64,000 nt of DNA, from contig NC_069002.1 in assembly GCF_001194135.2 (NCBI RefSeq), forward strand, positions 1,065,303 to 1,129,302, in the 5' to 3' direction. The translations under genes were made by a program, and so were the position numbers. Below, one piece after another: positions 1-12,788 of this stretch (positions are counted from its first letter, which is position 1; the number at the start of each line of letters is the position of its first letter). The notes beneath the pieces are model-generated. The model had not been told where the DNA came from. It saw only the letters and a program-made list of their open reading frames with translations, and did no database searches. The DNA is from Octopus bimaculoides (taxonomy: Eukaryota).

Positions 1-1259
1 ATATATATATTTAAATATACATTCTATTTTTTTATTCTTTTATTTGATATATATATGTATATAAATTTATTTAGGGGATAAGTTACCCTCGTGAAGGGTA
101 ACATTCAAAAGAAGGGTTGCGTCTAACCAAAGGGTTCCGTCCAACCAAAGGGTTGCGCCCAAAGAAATACTGGTTCAATACCCAGTAGTGTTGGGTAATG
201 ACATTCCCTTATAAACAATATGTATATATTAAGCATATAGTTTTATATCCAGTTAAAAGAAGAAAACAAAATGGAGATTAGGAAGTTAACAATGATTTAT
301 TATTAACAAATCGGCCATGTACAATCATCCCCAAGAGAAAGATATATTTTTATGTAACTTCATGATCTGAGCCAAAATCTTCGCCCAATCAGAAAATAAA
401 CCTTTTCACAGAAACAGTGACTTACCTATTATAGGTATGGTACGAAATCGTCTCATGTTCTCCATACTGAATAAATCTGAACCTGGACATTGGTTCATTT
501 ACTCAATCTATTAATATATACATAGGTGTAGAGACGTATAAAAATGCATGTTTAGACGCATATGTATATGTGTGCATGCGTATGGTCCAAGTTATCATTT
601 GTCTCTGTGCAATACTGATCACAATGCTTTTTCATTTTTCCTGGATTGCTCCTAATTCTTCCACTTGAATTATTTGAATATATCGTTTTCCTATCGTGTA
701 AGAAGCTTCTATAGGAATTCTTCCCATCTCTTGACTACCACTCGACACCTGCGAGGGTCCAGTTGTTGTCTTTGGACCTTGGAACATATCCAACCGAATT
801 GAAACATATCCCAGTCGCAGCTGCAGGATGAGGTGCAGTTGATGTGTATTGCATCTTGTAGTAGGGTGACCCAATGTACTTAGTTTTAAGTATGTGTGTG
901 TATATATATGTATATGTTCACATATATATATGTATATATATATACATATATCTGTGTACACATACATGCATATATACATACATACATACATGTATATGTT
1001 CGGGTGTGCGTGTGTGTGTGTGTGTGTCTGTGTACTGTAGATATAATATGCGAATGCACAAACATTTATATTTCGAATTGTAAACACACACACACACGCA
1101 TAAGTCTCATAAACACTTACACGTATGCCCTCATTAACGCAAACACACACACACACACACACACACATTACTTTCAGATTTCCTTTCAACTAGATTTCAA
1201 ATGACTTATTTCTTTATTTCCATATTTATTTATTCTATGCCTTCTGTTATAGCTTTCAG

Positions 1260-1371
1260 ATGATGATGATGATTATGTTGGTGGTGGCGGTGGTGGTAGT
1301 GATGGCGAAGATCACACAGTTAGCGTTGACGATGATGACGACGATGATCATGATCATAATGTTGACGACGT

Positions 1372-1407
<36 letters not shown>

Positions 1408-1409
1408 CT

Positions 1410-1446
<37 letters not shown>

Positions 1447-1536
1447 CTATGATGATATTGTTGATGTTATTGTTATAAGTATACATTTTCACCGTCATTT
1501 AGTTGTTGCTCATTTATATATTTTTTGGGTGTTTCA

Positions 1537-1592
<56 letters not shown>
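1260..1592. repeat. Compound trinucleotide microsatellites: (GAT/GAC)n, then (ATT)n
   Basis: Direct reading; these produce the poly-M/poly-I/poly-Y ORFs in the track. Confidence 0.95.
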
Positions 1593-1593
<1 letters not shown>

Positions 1594-2138
1594 GTTGTTG
1601 TTGTTGTTTTTTCCTTTCTCTTTACTTTTGTCATATCTATTTTCTTTGTTATTTTTAAATACAAACACACGCACATATCGTTATACGTATTAGCATACAT
1701 AGATATATACACATACATACGTACAGATATATATATATACCACATGCACATATATAATGTATATTTTCCTACACAAACGATGTATGTCTTTGTTTTCACT
1801 TGAGAAGGTAGGAGGTAGCATTTTAAATAGATTAACGGTGGGATATGGTCAGTTACGTTTTAATAATGCTTGTGTAATTTTCAGCAGAAAGTCTGCAAAA
1901 ATAATAGACAAACCCGGCAGTTTCATATAACCATCTTTTTCTTCTTCTTGTTTCACGCTATATCAAAAATTATGACAGTTAGACAGTTATATCTAGAATA
2001 TAATGATATTTTCACGGTATATGTATTAATTCTATATATATATATATATGTATATATAATGTATGTATATGCGCGGGTGTATGCATATATGTATACATGC
2101 ATATACACACTCACACACACACATTTGTACATATATCA

Positions 2139-2172
<34 letters not shown>

Positions 2173-2627
2173 NNNNNNNNNNNNNNNNNNNNNNNNNNNN
2201 NNNNNNNNNNNNNNNNNNNNNNNNNNNNNNNNNNNNNNNNNNNNNNNNNNNNNNNNNNNNNNNNNNNNNNNNNNNNNNNNNNNNNNNNNNNNNNNNNNNN
2301 NNNNNNNNNNNNNNNNNNNNNNNNNNNNNNNNNNNNNNNNNNNNNNNNNNNNNNNNNNNNNNNNNNNNNNNNNNNNNNNNNNNNNNNNNNNNNNNNNNNN
2401 NNNNNNNNNNNNNNNNNNNNNNNNNNNNNNNNNNNNNNNNNNNNNNNNNNNNNNNNNNNNNNNNNNNNNNNNNNNNNNNNNNNNNNNNNNNNNNNNNNNN
2501 NNNNNNNNNNNNNNNNNNNNNNNNNNNNNNNNNNNNNNNNNNNNNNNNNNNNNNNNNNNNNNNNNNNNNNNNNNNNNNNNNNNNNNNNNNNNNNNNNNNN
2601 NNNNNNNNNNNNNNNNNNNNNNNNNNN

Positions 2628-2673
<46 letters not shown>

Positions 2674-3572
2674 ATACGCGTATATATAGAGATAGATAGA
2701 TAGATTGAGAGAAATCTTCACATACAAACATATATGTATGTAATATGTATTCATATATGTGTGTGTATGTGTCCGCGTTTGTTTATGTGTGTTTGTGTTT
2801 GTGTGTGTATGTGTGTGTGCGCGCGCGTATACATATATATATCTTCATGTGTATTATACACATATGTATAAATACTTATATACATATATTTAGCAATAAG
2901 TCTTTATGTGTATACAGTTATATACATTTGTGTAGGTATGTGTATATTTCTGTGGATACGTGTACGTATTTTTCTGTTATTATTCATTCCTTTTTTTTTC
3001 GAATAAGTATTATTTTTTCTTCATGGTACGATTATTAATTATGAAGAAAGAAAAGAATTTTTTTCTCTGTTTTCAAATATATTATATATTCTTTCTGTTA
3101 TATCTATTTATCATAATTTTTATTGTGGTGTTTTTGTAACATTTTCTCTATTTATTTTATTATTTTATATATTTATCTTTCTCCTGCTTTTTTTTCTCCC
3201 TTTTTTTCATAGGGTGGGTGGGCCATGTGAATAGACGTGGTGGGACAGGGTGGGTTTAGACACTAGAATGGAATCGAAAGGAATCATATTTTCACGGTAT
3301 TCCTATTATCTTGACAATTTTATTTAGAATACAGATAGAGAGAGAGAGAGAGGGAGGGAGTGTGTGTGTGAGCGAGAGGGAGAGAGAGAGAGAGTGAATG
3401 AGAGAGAGAGAGAAAGAGAGAGAGACACACACACAGACATACAGATAGAAAGATTAATAGAAAGAGAAAGATAAAGAACTAGGAAGAAATAGAATGGGCG
3501 GGAGAATGAAAATGAAAGACAAATATAGGAGAAAGTGATTGAAAGATAAAAATAGATACGTATACAACCACA

Positions 3573-3625
<53 letters not shown>

Positions 3626-4539
3626 NNNNNNNNNNNNNNNNNNNNNNNNNNNNNNNNNNNNNNNNNNNNNNNNNNNNNNNNNNNNNNNNNNNNNNNNNNN
3701 NNNNNNNNNNNNNNNNNNNNNNNNNNNNNNNNNNNNNNNNNNNNNNNNNNNNNNNNNNNNNNNNNNNNNNNNNNNNNNNNNNNNNNNNNNNNNNNNNNNN
3801 NNNNNNNNNNNNNNNNNNNNNNNNNNNNNNNNNNNNNNNNNNNNNNNNNNNNNNNNNNNNNNNNNNNNNNNNNNNNNNNNNNNNNNNNNNNNNNNNNNNN
3901 NNNNNNNNNNNNNNNNNNNNNNNNNNNNNNNNNNNNNNNNNNNNNNNNNNNNNNNNNNNNNNNNNNNNNNNNNNNNNNNNNNNNNNNNNNNNNNNNNNNN
4001 NNNNNNNNNNNNNNNNNNNNNNNNNNNNNNNNNNNNNNNNNNNNNNNNNNNNNNNNNNNNNNNNNNNNNNNNNNNNNNNNNNNNNNNNNNNNNNNNNNNN
4101 NNNNNNNNNNNNNNNNNNNNNNNNNNNNNNNNNNNNNNNNNNNNNNNNNNNNNNNNNNNNNNNNNNNNNNNNNNNNNNNNNNNNTATATATATAACACAT
4201 ATATATATATGCCTATATACATATATATGCATATATATATATATTTATCCTTCTCATTTGACTCGGTACTAGAATTACAGTGCTGATGAGAGAATGATAA
4301 ATTTAATTTCATGCCTTTATCTCCATGAGTATTAGTTTGTAGAATTAATTTCTATGCTAGACATATATTGTCACACATTCTAACATCGCCACCACCTGTT
4401 GTTTGGAATTATTTAGGACGAGTCCACTACTCTGCTGCATGCATTCAGACCAATCTTCGGATTTCAGAAATAACAAGATTCCACAGTTCTTTGAGTCATA
4501 CTATTGCAACCTAAGATTAAAGATTTTGTCTTCTCTTTC

Positions 4540-4920
4540 TTTACACCTGTTTCGGAAGCTTATTTTAAAGTAAATCTTCACAGGTGCATCTCAGATTTTC
4601 GCTCTTTGGTGAGGCAGTTCGTTTTGGAGAAATGTGGAAATTATTTGTAGTCGTGAAATATTTTAAATGAAAAACGTGTTTTGATTGGCTGTGAATAGCA
4701 TGATTTGATTAGTTGTAATTTGTCTTCCTTTTACACATTCGAAAGATATAAGAAATTGCGTACTACTTGTTGCATGTAGTTCGGGTGTGTTGGTAGAATT
4801 TGGATTGGAAAAGGAGAAAGAAAACTGTGTGAGTTTATTACGTCAAGCAGTGTGTTGAATTTATAACTAAATGTGTGCACGTTTCCTGTTTGAACTTACG
4901 ATATATGGCGCAAGGTAAAC
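4540..4920 (+). promoter_or_regulatory. Possible promoter / first-exon region
   Basis: Repeat-free island with two reverse CCAAT boxes (ATTGG 4684-4688, 4804-4808), a CRE-like TTACGTCA (4838-4845), ATGGCG at 4905 and a GTAAAC donor-like site at 4915. Motif evidence only. Confidence 0.25.
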
Positions 4921-5489
4921 AAAAAATTATTCAAAGAAAACGCGACTGTGCTTCATGGGTATAGTTCCACTGATCGTGAGAATCAAATATCGATTGCAAC
5001 GGTTAGAACCGAAATTTTAAGTGCAAGTGTTAAGATAATACATGTTACATGTTTTATCACACAACGCTGTAGCGTTTAGAATCGATAATTTCAAATGCAG
5101 GTGTTAAGAAAATACATGTTACAGCAACCTGAGAATGCTGAAATAATTGATGAACATTTTAACCCAACAACAATTTAGGCCAAATTTCGTTAATCAGTTA
5201 ATCAAAAATCATCTTACACTTTGCTTGAGGGACCTAGGTAAAAGTTTATTTGTCCCAGGTACAGGAGAAAGACAGCACGGATAGAGAGTGACAGAGAAAA
5301 AAAGAAAGAAAAGAAATGGAATGATGGGGAGCCAAGAAAGGCTCGGAATACAAAAAGAATTCAAATAGAATCGGGTACTTGAAGATATGCACCAGAAAGG
5401 GTTGGATAAACCTGTTGTTCCGGGTTATCATTGGTAAGTATCAGATAGGATATTGCAGTTGTGTACGAATTGATCATATATATATAAAA

Positions 5490-5678
5490 GGCTAACTGGT
5501 AAAGTTGTTATTAATCTAGACAAACTACTTAGCGGCATTTTGTCCGTCTTTGCGTTCAGAGTTCAAAGACCGAGGTGGCCATTGTTTTTCATCCTTTTGT
5601 GTCGAAAAAGTTAAATACAAGTTTCGCAATGCCCCTCCTTCGAAATTCCTGGGCTTGTGCCAAAATTTGAAATCAATA
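5490..5678 (+). mobile_element. tRNA-derived SINE, family A (degraded)
   Basis: Colinear with the intact copy at 55618: cttagcggcattttgtccgtctttgcgttcagagttcaaa ... tttcatcctttt ... gcccctcc ... cttgtgccaaaatttgaaat. Confidence 0.8.
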
Positions 5679-6204
5679 AATTTCATACATATCTTGCTTT
5701 AATACAAACATCAAAACTAAACTAATAGTATAAATTAGGAAAAGGCGCGTTATTGTATATATTTGCATATAATTTATAGCATGTGGCTTAGGTGGAGAGA
5801 AGGGGGTTAAAGGGATGGGGGCAAGGGGTTGGGACTAATCCTTTAGAAAGGTTTCCACCAAACAGCTTCAACTCCTGCTGTGACAATAACCCTTTTTCCC
5901 CCTCGTCTCTCTCTCTCCATCTCTCCACTTTTTCCCTCTCACTCTGTCCCTTTCTTTCTCTCGCTGTCTCTGTCTATCTGTTTCTCTCCCTTTCTCTTCT
6001 CAGTACAGGGTATATATAACGTATGGGTAATTGACACACCGGATGAGGAAGCCAGTTAAGAGAGAGAGTCATCTGAAGCACGCCTCATTACCGTCACATC
6101 CTCCTTGAGGTGTTTTTCGAGAGAGGTAGAGAGGCAGTGACAGAGTGAAGGGGGGAGAGAAAGATTGTGAGAAAAGCACACACGTACACACACATATACA
6201 AACT

Positions 6205-6239
<35 letters not shown>

Positions 6240-6543
6240 GCACACACATACATATACACACAGAAGAGGGAGAGAGAGAGAGAGAAAGAAGGGGAGAGAT
6301 AGAGAGCAAATAAAAGAGAAAATGATTATTGTTTTTGTTATATTTAATCTTACTATGTTTATTTTCTTGTTTTCTTTTCCCATTTCCTTTATTAATTTTT
6401 TTCTATACTTTTAATAATAAAACAATAAACTCGAAACAGTATTAATGTTTCGTTAAGTTTGTTTTAGTTAGATAAACGTATGATATGACCATATATCTCC
6501 AGCCATCCACCACCTCTTCTTCTTAAGACATAGATTATGTGTG

Positions 6544-6816
6544 TTCTTTTATTCTTTTATTTGTTTCAGTCATTGGACTGAGGCCATGCTGGAGCACCCC
6601 TTTTAGTCGAGTAAATCGAACCCAGGACTAATTCTTTGTAAGCCTGGTACTTATTCTATCGGTTCCTTTTTGCCGAAACGCTATATTACGCGGATGTAGC
6701 AACACCAACTTCGGTTGTTAAGCGATGTTGGTGGAACAAACACTAACACACAAACACACACACACACACATACATACATATACATACATATATATCTGTA
6801 TGAAAGGTCGTTCTTT
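6544..6816 (-). mobile_element. 3' half of a long SINE with an internal (CA/TACA)n microsatellite (family C)
   Basis: Reverse complement ends gtgctccagcatggcctcagtccaatgactgaaacaaataaaagaataaaagaa. The same tail occurs at 24480-24533 (+) and 48017-48066 (-). Confidence 0.8.
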
Positions 6817-7546
6817 ATGTTGCTTGTCTTCTTTTCCATTTGTTTCTTTCGTTGTTCGCAAAAAAAAATGTTCATATTCCATGTTTTCGTATTTCCTGTT
6901 GTTTAGGTTCTATGACGTCCTGTACCCATATACGCATAGGTATAAATATATTTATATTCTTCTTATCATTCGATTTACAAAGAAATGTCAAAGTAGATTT
7001 TATATCTTAATTTCAAAGCGACACTGCGCTTTCTCGCAACCCTTGCCTTTCCTGTTCCGTTCATCTGACTGTCTTTACATATTAGAATGAAATTGTCTTG
7101 ACATGTTTCATGCCTGCTCGGTAAGCCTTCCATGGCTTTACCATAGCAACTGCCATTTAAACCAGACACAAACTATTACTTAACAGAATTGACAAGAATA
7201 TTTTGCACATCCTGCATTTGTCTGCAGTGTGGTTTATTAACTATTTTGCGTAATAAACACGCTTAATAAATTTGCTAATCTGTGATAAATATAGTTGAGT
7301 TTGGCGTCGAGAAAAGCCTTCTGACATAAATGTGGTGTACGGAAACTGTGTCAATACGAGTAGGAGGTAAAGATCTTGTTTTAGGGAGGAAAACAAAATG
7401 CAACAGGCGATTTTACAACACCACCAGGTTTGGGACAAATAACAGAGTACGGATTATTGAAAACTTTGGAGACAGGCTTACGGTCTGAGGATAACTGCCT
7501 TTTGACATTGCCTTTCCACCTTAAAATAAACGGCATACACACACTA

Positions 7547-7597
<51 letters not shown>

Positions 7598-7933
7598 TAG
7601 AGAGAGAGAAAGAGAGATGCAAATACAGACACGCATTCCATTATACACATGTATAAGCATTTGTGCATATTAAAGTGTATATGCACACACACATATATAT
7701 GTTAATGTACCTACACACATTCACACACACACAAACACACACACACACACGCACACACACACACATATATACGGGCACATACATAAACATATGTGCACAT
7801 GTGTTTGTGCTTGCGCGCGTGTGTGTATGTCTGTGTATGTGCTTGCTTGTGTAGGTATTCTGATGAACTAAATATGTTTAGGGATGTGTATAAGTGTGTG
7901 TCTGCGTGTATGTGTATGTATATGTGTGTGTGT

Positions 7934-7969
<36 letters not shown>

Positions 7970-8380
7970 TATATCCTCCTGTTTGTGTGTATATGTGTGT
8001 GTCCCCATAAACCGAATTAGTGCATTCTACTTTAAGTGTTTATATAAATATTTGATACAGCCGAATCCAAATGCACGCATATTTGAAAGGCAAGTTCCAG
8101 TCAACCTCTTGTACATATTCGTACGCATACATTTGTCATTATAGAGAGATAAATGGGTTTTACGGATGCTGTTTTCAATCGCAAGTCTATATAGAGGGAT
8201 ATAATTCTATTTACATATCTACGTGGTACTTTTATAACGATTTTCAATTTTTCCCTATTAAATAGACGTACTCGTTCGTCTGAATTTTCTCTGTGTGTGT
8301 GTGTGTGTGTGTGAGTGCGTGTTAGTGTTTGCTACATATACATGTACCAATGTAATTATATATACATATATATATGCACA

Positions 8381-8413
<33 letters not shown>

Positions 8414-8533
8414 GTACTTATATATGTGTGTATGCATTGATGTATGTATAAATTATCATTATATACGCATTCATATTCACATATACATCTGCACACGTAT
8501 ATCTATATCAATATAAGCGTATATTTGTATATT

Positions 8534-8564
<31 letters not shown>

Positions 8565-9338
8565 NNNNNNNNNNNNNNNNNNNNNNNNNNNNNNNNNNNN
8601 NNNNNNNNNNNNNNNNNNNNNNNNNNNNNNNNNNNNNNNNNNNNNNNNNNNNNNNNNNNNNNNNNNNNNNNNNNNNNNNNNNNNNNNNNNNNNNNNNNNN
8701 NNNNNNNNNNNNNNNNNNNNNNNNNNNNNNNNNNNNNNNNNNNNNNNNNNNNNNNNNNNNNNNNNNNNNNNNNNNNNNNNNNNNNNNNNNNNNNNNNNNN
8801 NNNNNNNNNNNNNNNNNNNNNNNNNNNNNNNNNNNNNNNNNNNNNNNNNNNNNNNNNNNNNNNNNNNNNNNNNNNNNNNNNNNNNNNNNNNNNNNNNNNN
8901 NNNNNNNNNNNNNNNNNNNNNNNNNNNNNNNNNNNNNNNNNNNNNNNNNNNNNNNNNNNNNNNNNNNNNNNNNNNNNNNNNNNNNNNNNNNNNNNNNNNN
9001 NNNNNNNNNNNNNNNNNNNNNNNNNNNNNNNNNNNNNNNNNNNNNNNNNNNNNNNNNNNNNNNNNNNNNNNNNNNNNNNNNNNNNNNNNNNNNNNNNNNN
9101 NNNNNNNNNNNNNNNNNNNNNNNNNNNNNNNNNNNNNNNNNNNNNNNNNNNNNNNNNNNNNNNNNNNNNNNNNNNNNNNNNNNNNNNNNNNNNNNNNNNN
9201 NNNNNNNNNNNNNNNNNNNNNNNNNNNNNNNNNNNNNNNNNNNNNNNNNNNNNNNNNNNNNNNNNNNNNNNNNNNNNNNNNNNNNNNNNNNNNNNNNNNN
9301 NNNNNNNNNNNNNNNNNNNNNNNNNNNNNNNNNNNNNN

Positions 9339-9375
<37 letters not shown>

Positions 9376-9784
9376 ACTATATATAACTATAGTTTAACGA
9401 TCTAATAGCGGTAGAATCACCAAAATATGCATTGCATCCAGTAAGAGATAAATGTCAATTTAAGAAACACAACCGAAAGGGCGACTAATAGTTTCGTCTT
9501 CTTATGACACTTGGACAGGCACATTTATAAAATACTCGATGTATATAAAAGCAAAGATACATGGATGCCAGTGAGAAATTAATTAGCTTTAGCGAAGCAT
9601 GATTCAGAGCTGTGACCAACGTTACCATCTCATCCATGGCAATTCCGTCTTCACTTCGGACTTGTGTTCCTAAGACTTAGACATAACCCATGATATACAA
9701 CTTCACACTCTTAAGATGGGTAGGAGTGATTCGAGCAAGATATAGTTCCTATTTCAACGAGATCTGTCGAACCACAAAAAAAAT

Positions 9785-10040
9785 TATGTTGCAGACGACG
9801 GCGACGACGACAACGATGATGATAATAATGACGATGATGAAGATGCTGATGATAATGATGACGACGACGACGACGATGAGGATGAAAATGATGATGGTGA
9901 TCATGATAATGATGACGACGATGACAAAGACTGTGATGAAGATGACGACGTTGCTGATGACAAAGATGTCGATGACGATGACGTTGGCGATGATGATGAT
10001 GATGATGACGATGATGATGATGACAATGATGGTGTTGATA
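9785..10040. repeat. Degenerate (GAT/GAC)n microsatellite
   Basis: Direct reading. Confidence 0.9.
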
Positions 10041-10476
10041 CTGCTGTTCTTATGTAGATGATGGTGTTCGTAACAAGACAGTGCTTACGGCGGTGACAAC
10101 GGTAGTGATAGGAGCCTTTGTGGCTGGCGGGGGTGTGTGTGTGTGATTATCATACCACCAGGGGTGGCAGGGGTGGTAGCAGTTGTCGTGCCGCCGCTGG
10201 GTGGGTCTGGTGGGGGTAATGGTATTGGTGGTGATAGTGGTGGTGTTTGATTTTTGCTGTATTTGTGTTCAGACGAATAAGACTTCACAATACAAATATC
10301 ATTAGCTTATTAATGAAATTTGTGTGATTTGACCCCGTGATCCCGAGGATGGCAGAAAATGAAACCAAGAAGCATGATGTCATGAATGGAGAAAAAAAAA
10401 AAGAAAAAGAAAAAGAGACAATCTCGTTTATCGGAAGGTGACACAGTTCTGCTTCGGAATTCTTTTGTTACAATAA

Positions 10477-10510
<34 letters not shown>

Positions 10511-11187
10511 TTTGACATACATAAACATACACACATACACACATATGTATAGCTTTATGTAAATTTATATTCTCTTGTTTTATCACTTTTTCTATATATG
10601 CATATATATATTTTAATATAAATATGTGTGTGTGCGTGTGCATATATTTGTGTGTATGGTATGTTTGTGTGTGTGTGCTTGTGTGTGTGTATGGAAGTAT
10701 TGAAAATCATCGCATTTAATGTTAAGAAACAAATAAAAAATACAAAACCATGCAAAATGGATACACAAACAAAAATGCCGTGTAAATTTGGCAAAACAAT
10801 GTTTAGCTCCAAGAAACCCAAATGAAAATAATGCTAGAATATTCAGGCATTTCTTCCCATTGTGTCTTTTGTGTCCCGTCGACCTGAGGCTATCTTAAAA
10901 TAAAAGCAAAGCATAAAACACTGCAATATTCGACTTCCAAACTGGCAACGACCAACAAAATCCTATTTGGATCATGAATTTCTGTTCTTGTAGCTCATGG
11001 AATATTGTTATTTCCTCCACACAAGAATTCCACTTCTTCTTATTCTGGTAACTGGAATCTTCTTTCCCTATCTCTCCTCTTCTCATCTCTCCATCGCTTT
11101 TTACCTCTCCTCCTCCCTCGTCCCTCTGCTTCTCTATCTTCTATTTCTTTGTCTCTTCTGTATTCTTAGTCTTATGGCACTGATTAA

Positions 11188-11366
11188 GGCCGAAAACTGG
11201 CAGAAACCTTAGCAGCTTTCTGTCCGCTTTTATGTTTTGAGTTCAAATTCGACTTTTGAGATCGATAAATTAAGAACCAGTCGAATACTAGGATCGATAC
11301 AATTGATTTAAACCACCCCACCCCCGGAAATTACTGGCTTTGTGCCAAAATATGAAATCAATATCA
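11188..11366 (+). mobile_element. SINE family A (internally deleted)
   Basis: ctggcagaaaccttagc head, gagttcaaattc B-box, gatcgataaattaagaaccag body, ggctttgtgccaaaatatgaaat tail. Confidence 0.8.
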
Positions 11367-11404
11367 TAGCATTAATTATCGCAATCGTATGATTGTCATT
11401 ATCA

Positions 11405-11555
11405 GACGATCAGGCAGGATCAGTAGAGCATCGGACAAAAATACTTTCGACCATTTCTTCAGGCTCTTTACATTCTAAGTTCAAATCGCACATAAGTCAG
11501 CTTCATCTTTCATCCTTCCGGGATCAATAGAATAAATTACAAGTCGATGCACCAC
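11405..11555 (+). mobile_element. Older family-A-related SINE
   Basis: ggcaggatcagtagagcatcggacaaaa ... ctttacattctaagttcaaatc ... tttcatccttccgggatcaatagaataa aligns with the family A body. Confidence 0.65.
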
Positions 11556-12059
11556 CTTCCTTCCTGTTTATTTACTTTTTTTTTGTTAGCGTATATTAAA
11601 TTGAAACTTTTTAAGACACGGTTACCATTTCTAGCACATTTAAACACCTCATCGTAGACTCCTTTTTCTTGGTTCCTGATCGACATTTGTCACTCGGCAT
11701 GATGTTTCTTCATAGTCTCCATATTTCTTCATAGTCGCCATATTGTCTACCGTCAGCGTTGATTCTGCTTTCGCCAAGGTTTTTAAGAAGTACATTAAGT
11801 GGCTTTCTTGTTCGTTTATTTTGTTCGTTTTCTCGTCTAGTAGCGGCACAAGTTGTGTGTTACTATCAGGGGACATTTAATCTCAACTTTTAACTTTCTG
11901 ATCCGGAGCCATTAAGTTGGATTCTTCCCTGTTTAATGTTTATATTTTCAAACATAGAAAGAACAATGACTAAAACCAATGTTTTCTTAACTCTTAGCTT
12001 CGCCTCCATTTTTGTTTTAAGTATATTTTCAACTATATTATTTTACGAATACGTTATTA

Positions 12060-12080
12060 TTGTCATTATCATCATCATCA

Positions 12081-12172
<92 letters not shown>
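12060..12172. repeat. (ATC)n/(ATT)n microsatellite
   Basis: Direct reading; abuts the SINE 5' end at 12178. Confidence 0.95.
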
Positions 12173-12174
<2 letters not shown>

Positions 12175-12177
12175 GGA

Positions 12178-12300
12178 GGCGGCGAGCTGTAAGAATCGTA
12201 AGCACGCCAGGCTAAATTCTTTGCGGCATTCCGTCCGTGTTTCTGTTCTGCGTTCAAATTCCACGGAGGTCGATCTTGCCTTTCATGCTTTCATGCTTTC
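12178..12300 (+). mobile_element. SINE family A, 3'-truncated
   Basis: ggcggcgagctgtaagaatcgtaagcacgcc ... gttcaaattccacggaggtcgatcttgcctttcat matches the 55618 copy. Confidence 0.85.
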
Positions 12301-12788
12301 GCCGCCAGTTACACCGCCATGACCATTATCTGCACGACAGTGTCAGTTACCACAAAAAGTACTATCGCCAATACTACTACTACTACAATCATCCCAATCA
12401 CCACCCTTATCAAAAGCGTCATTATTAACATTACCAACACCATCAGCACCACAGCCAATATCATTTACACCCATAATTCCATCATTATCACTAACATCAC
12501 CACAACCATACTCACCACCCTCATATGCCACCACCACCACCACCACCGTTACCATCACCGCCACCATCAAAGCCACCACCACAACCATTACCACCGCAAC
12601 CACCACTAACCCAACCAAAACAGTCACCACCACCACCACCCCTACTTATTACACTACCCCTGCCATCATCACCCACCCACCCAAACTATTTAATCTCCCT
12701 CTTTCCTCCAACATATGGTTGTCGTTGAAAGAAATTTGTGTCTGCTCACGTCATTTATATCAGCGGTAGCGACTTTACCATCAATAGA

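Noticed and set aside
632-860. Unique-sequence part of minus ORF 632-1189 and its alternative frames
   Set aside because: Several frames on both strands read equally protein-like; no motif recognised and no convincing splice pair.
3212-3260. Strong acceptor followed by WVGHVNRRGGTG, RTE-like
   Set aside because: Too short to distinguish an exon, an RTE relic and chance.
7290-7520. EFGVEK motif resembling the R4-clade RT region MEFGxxKC, and adjacent open frames
   Set aside because: Only a 5-6 residue match; flanking frames do not continue the similarity.
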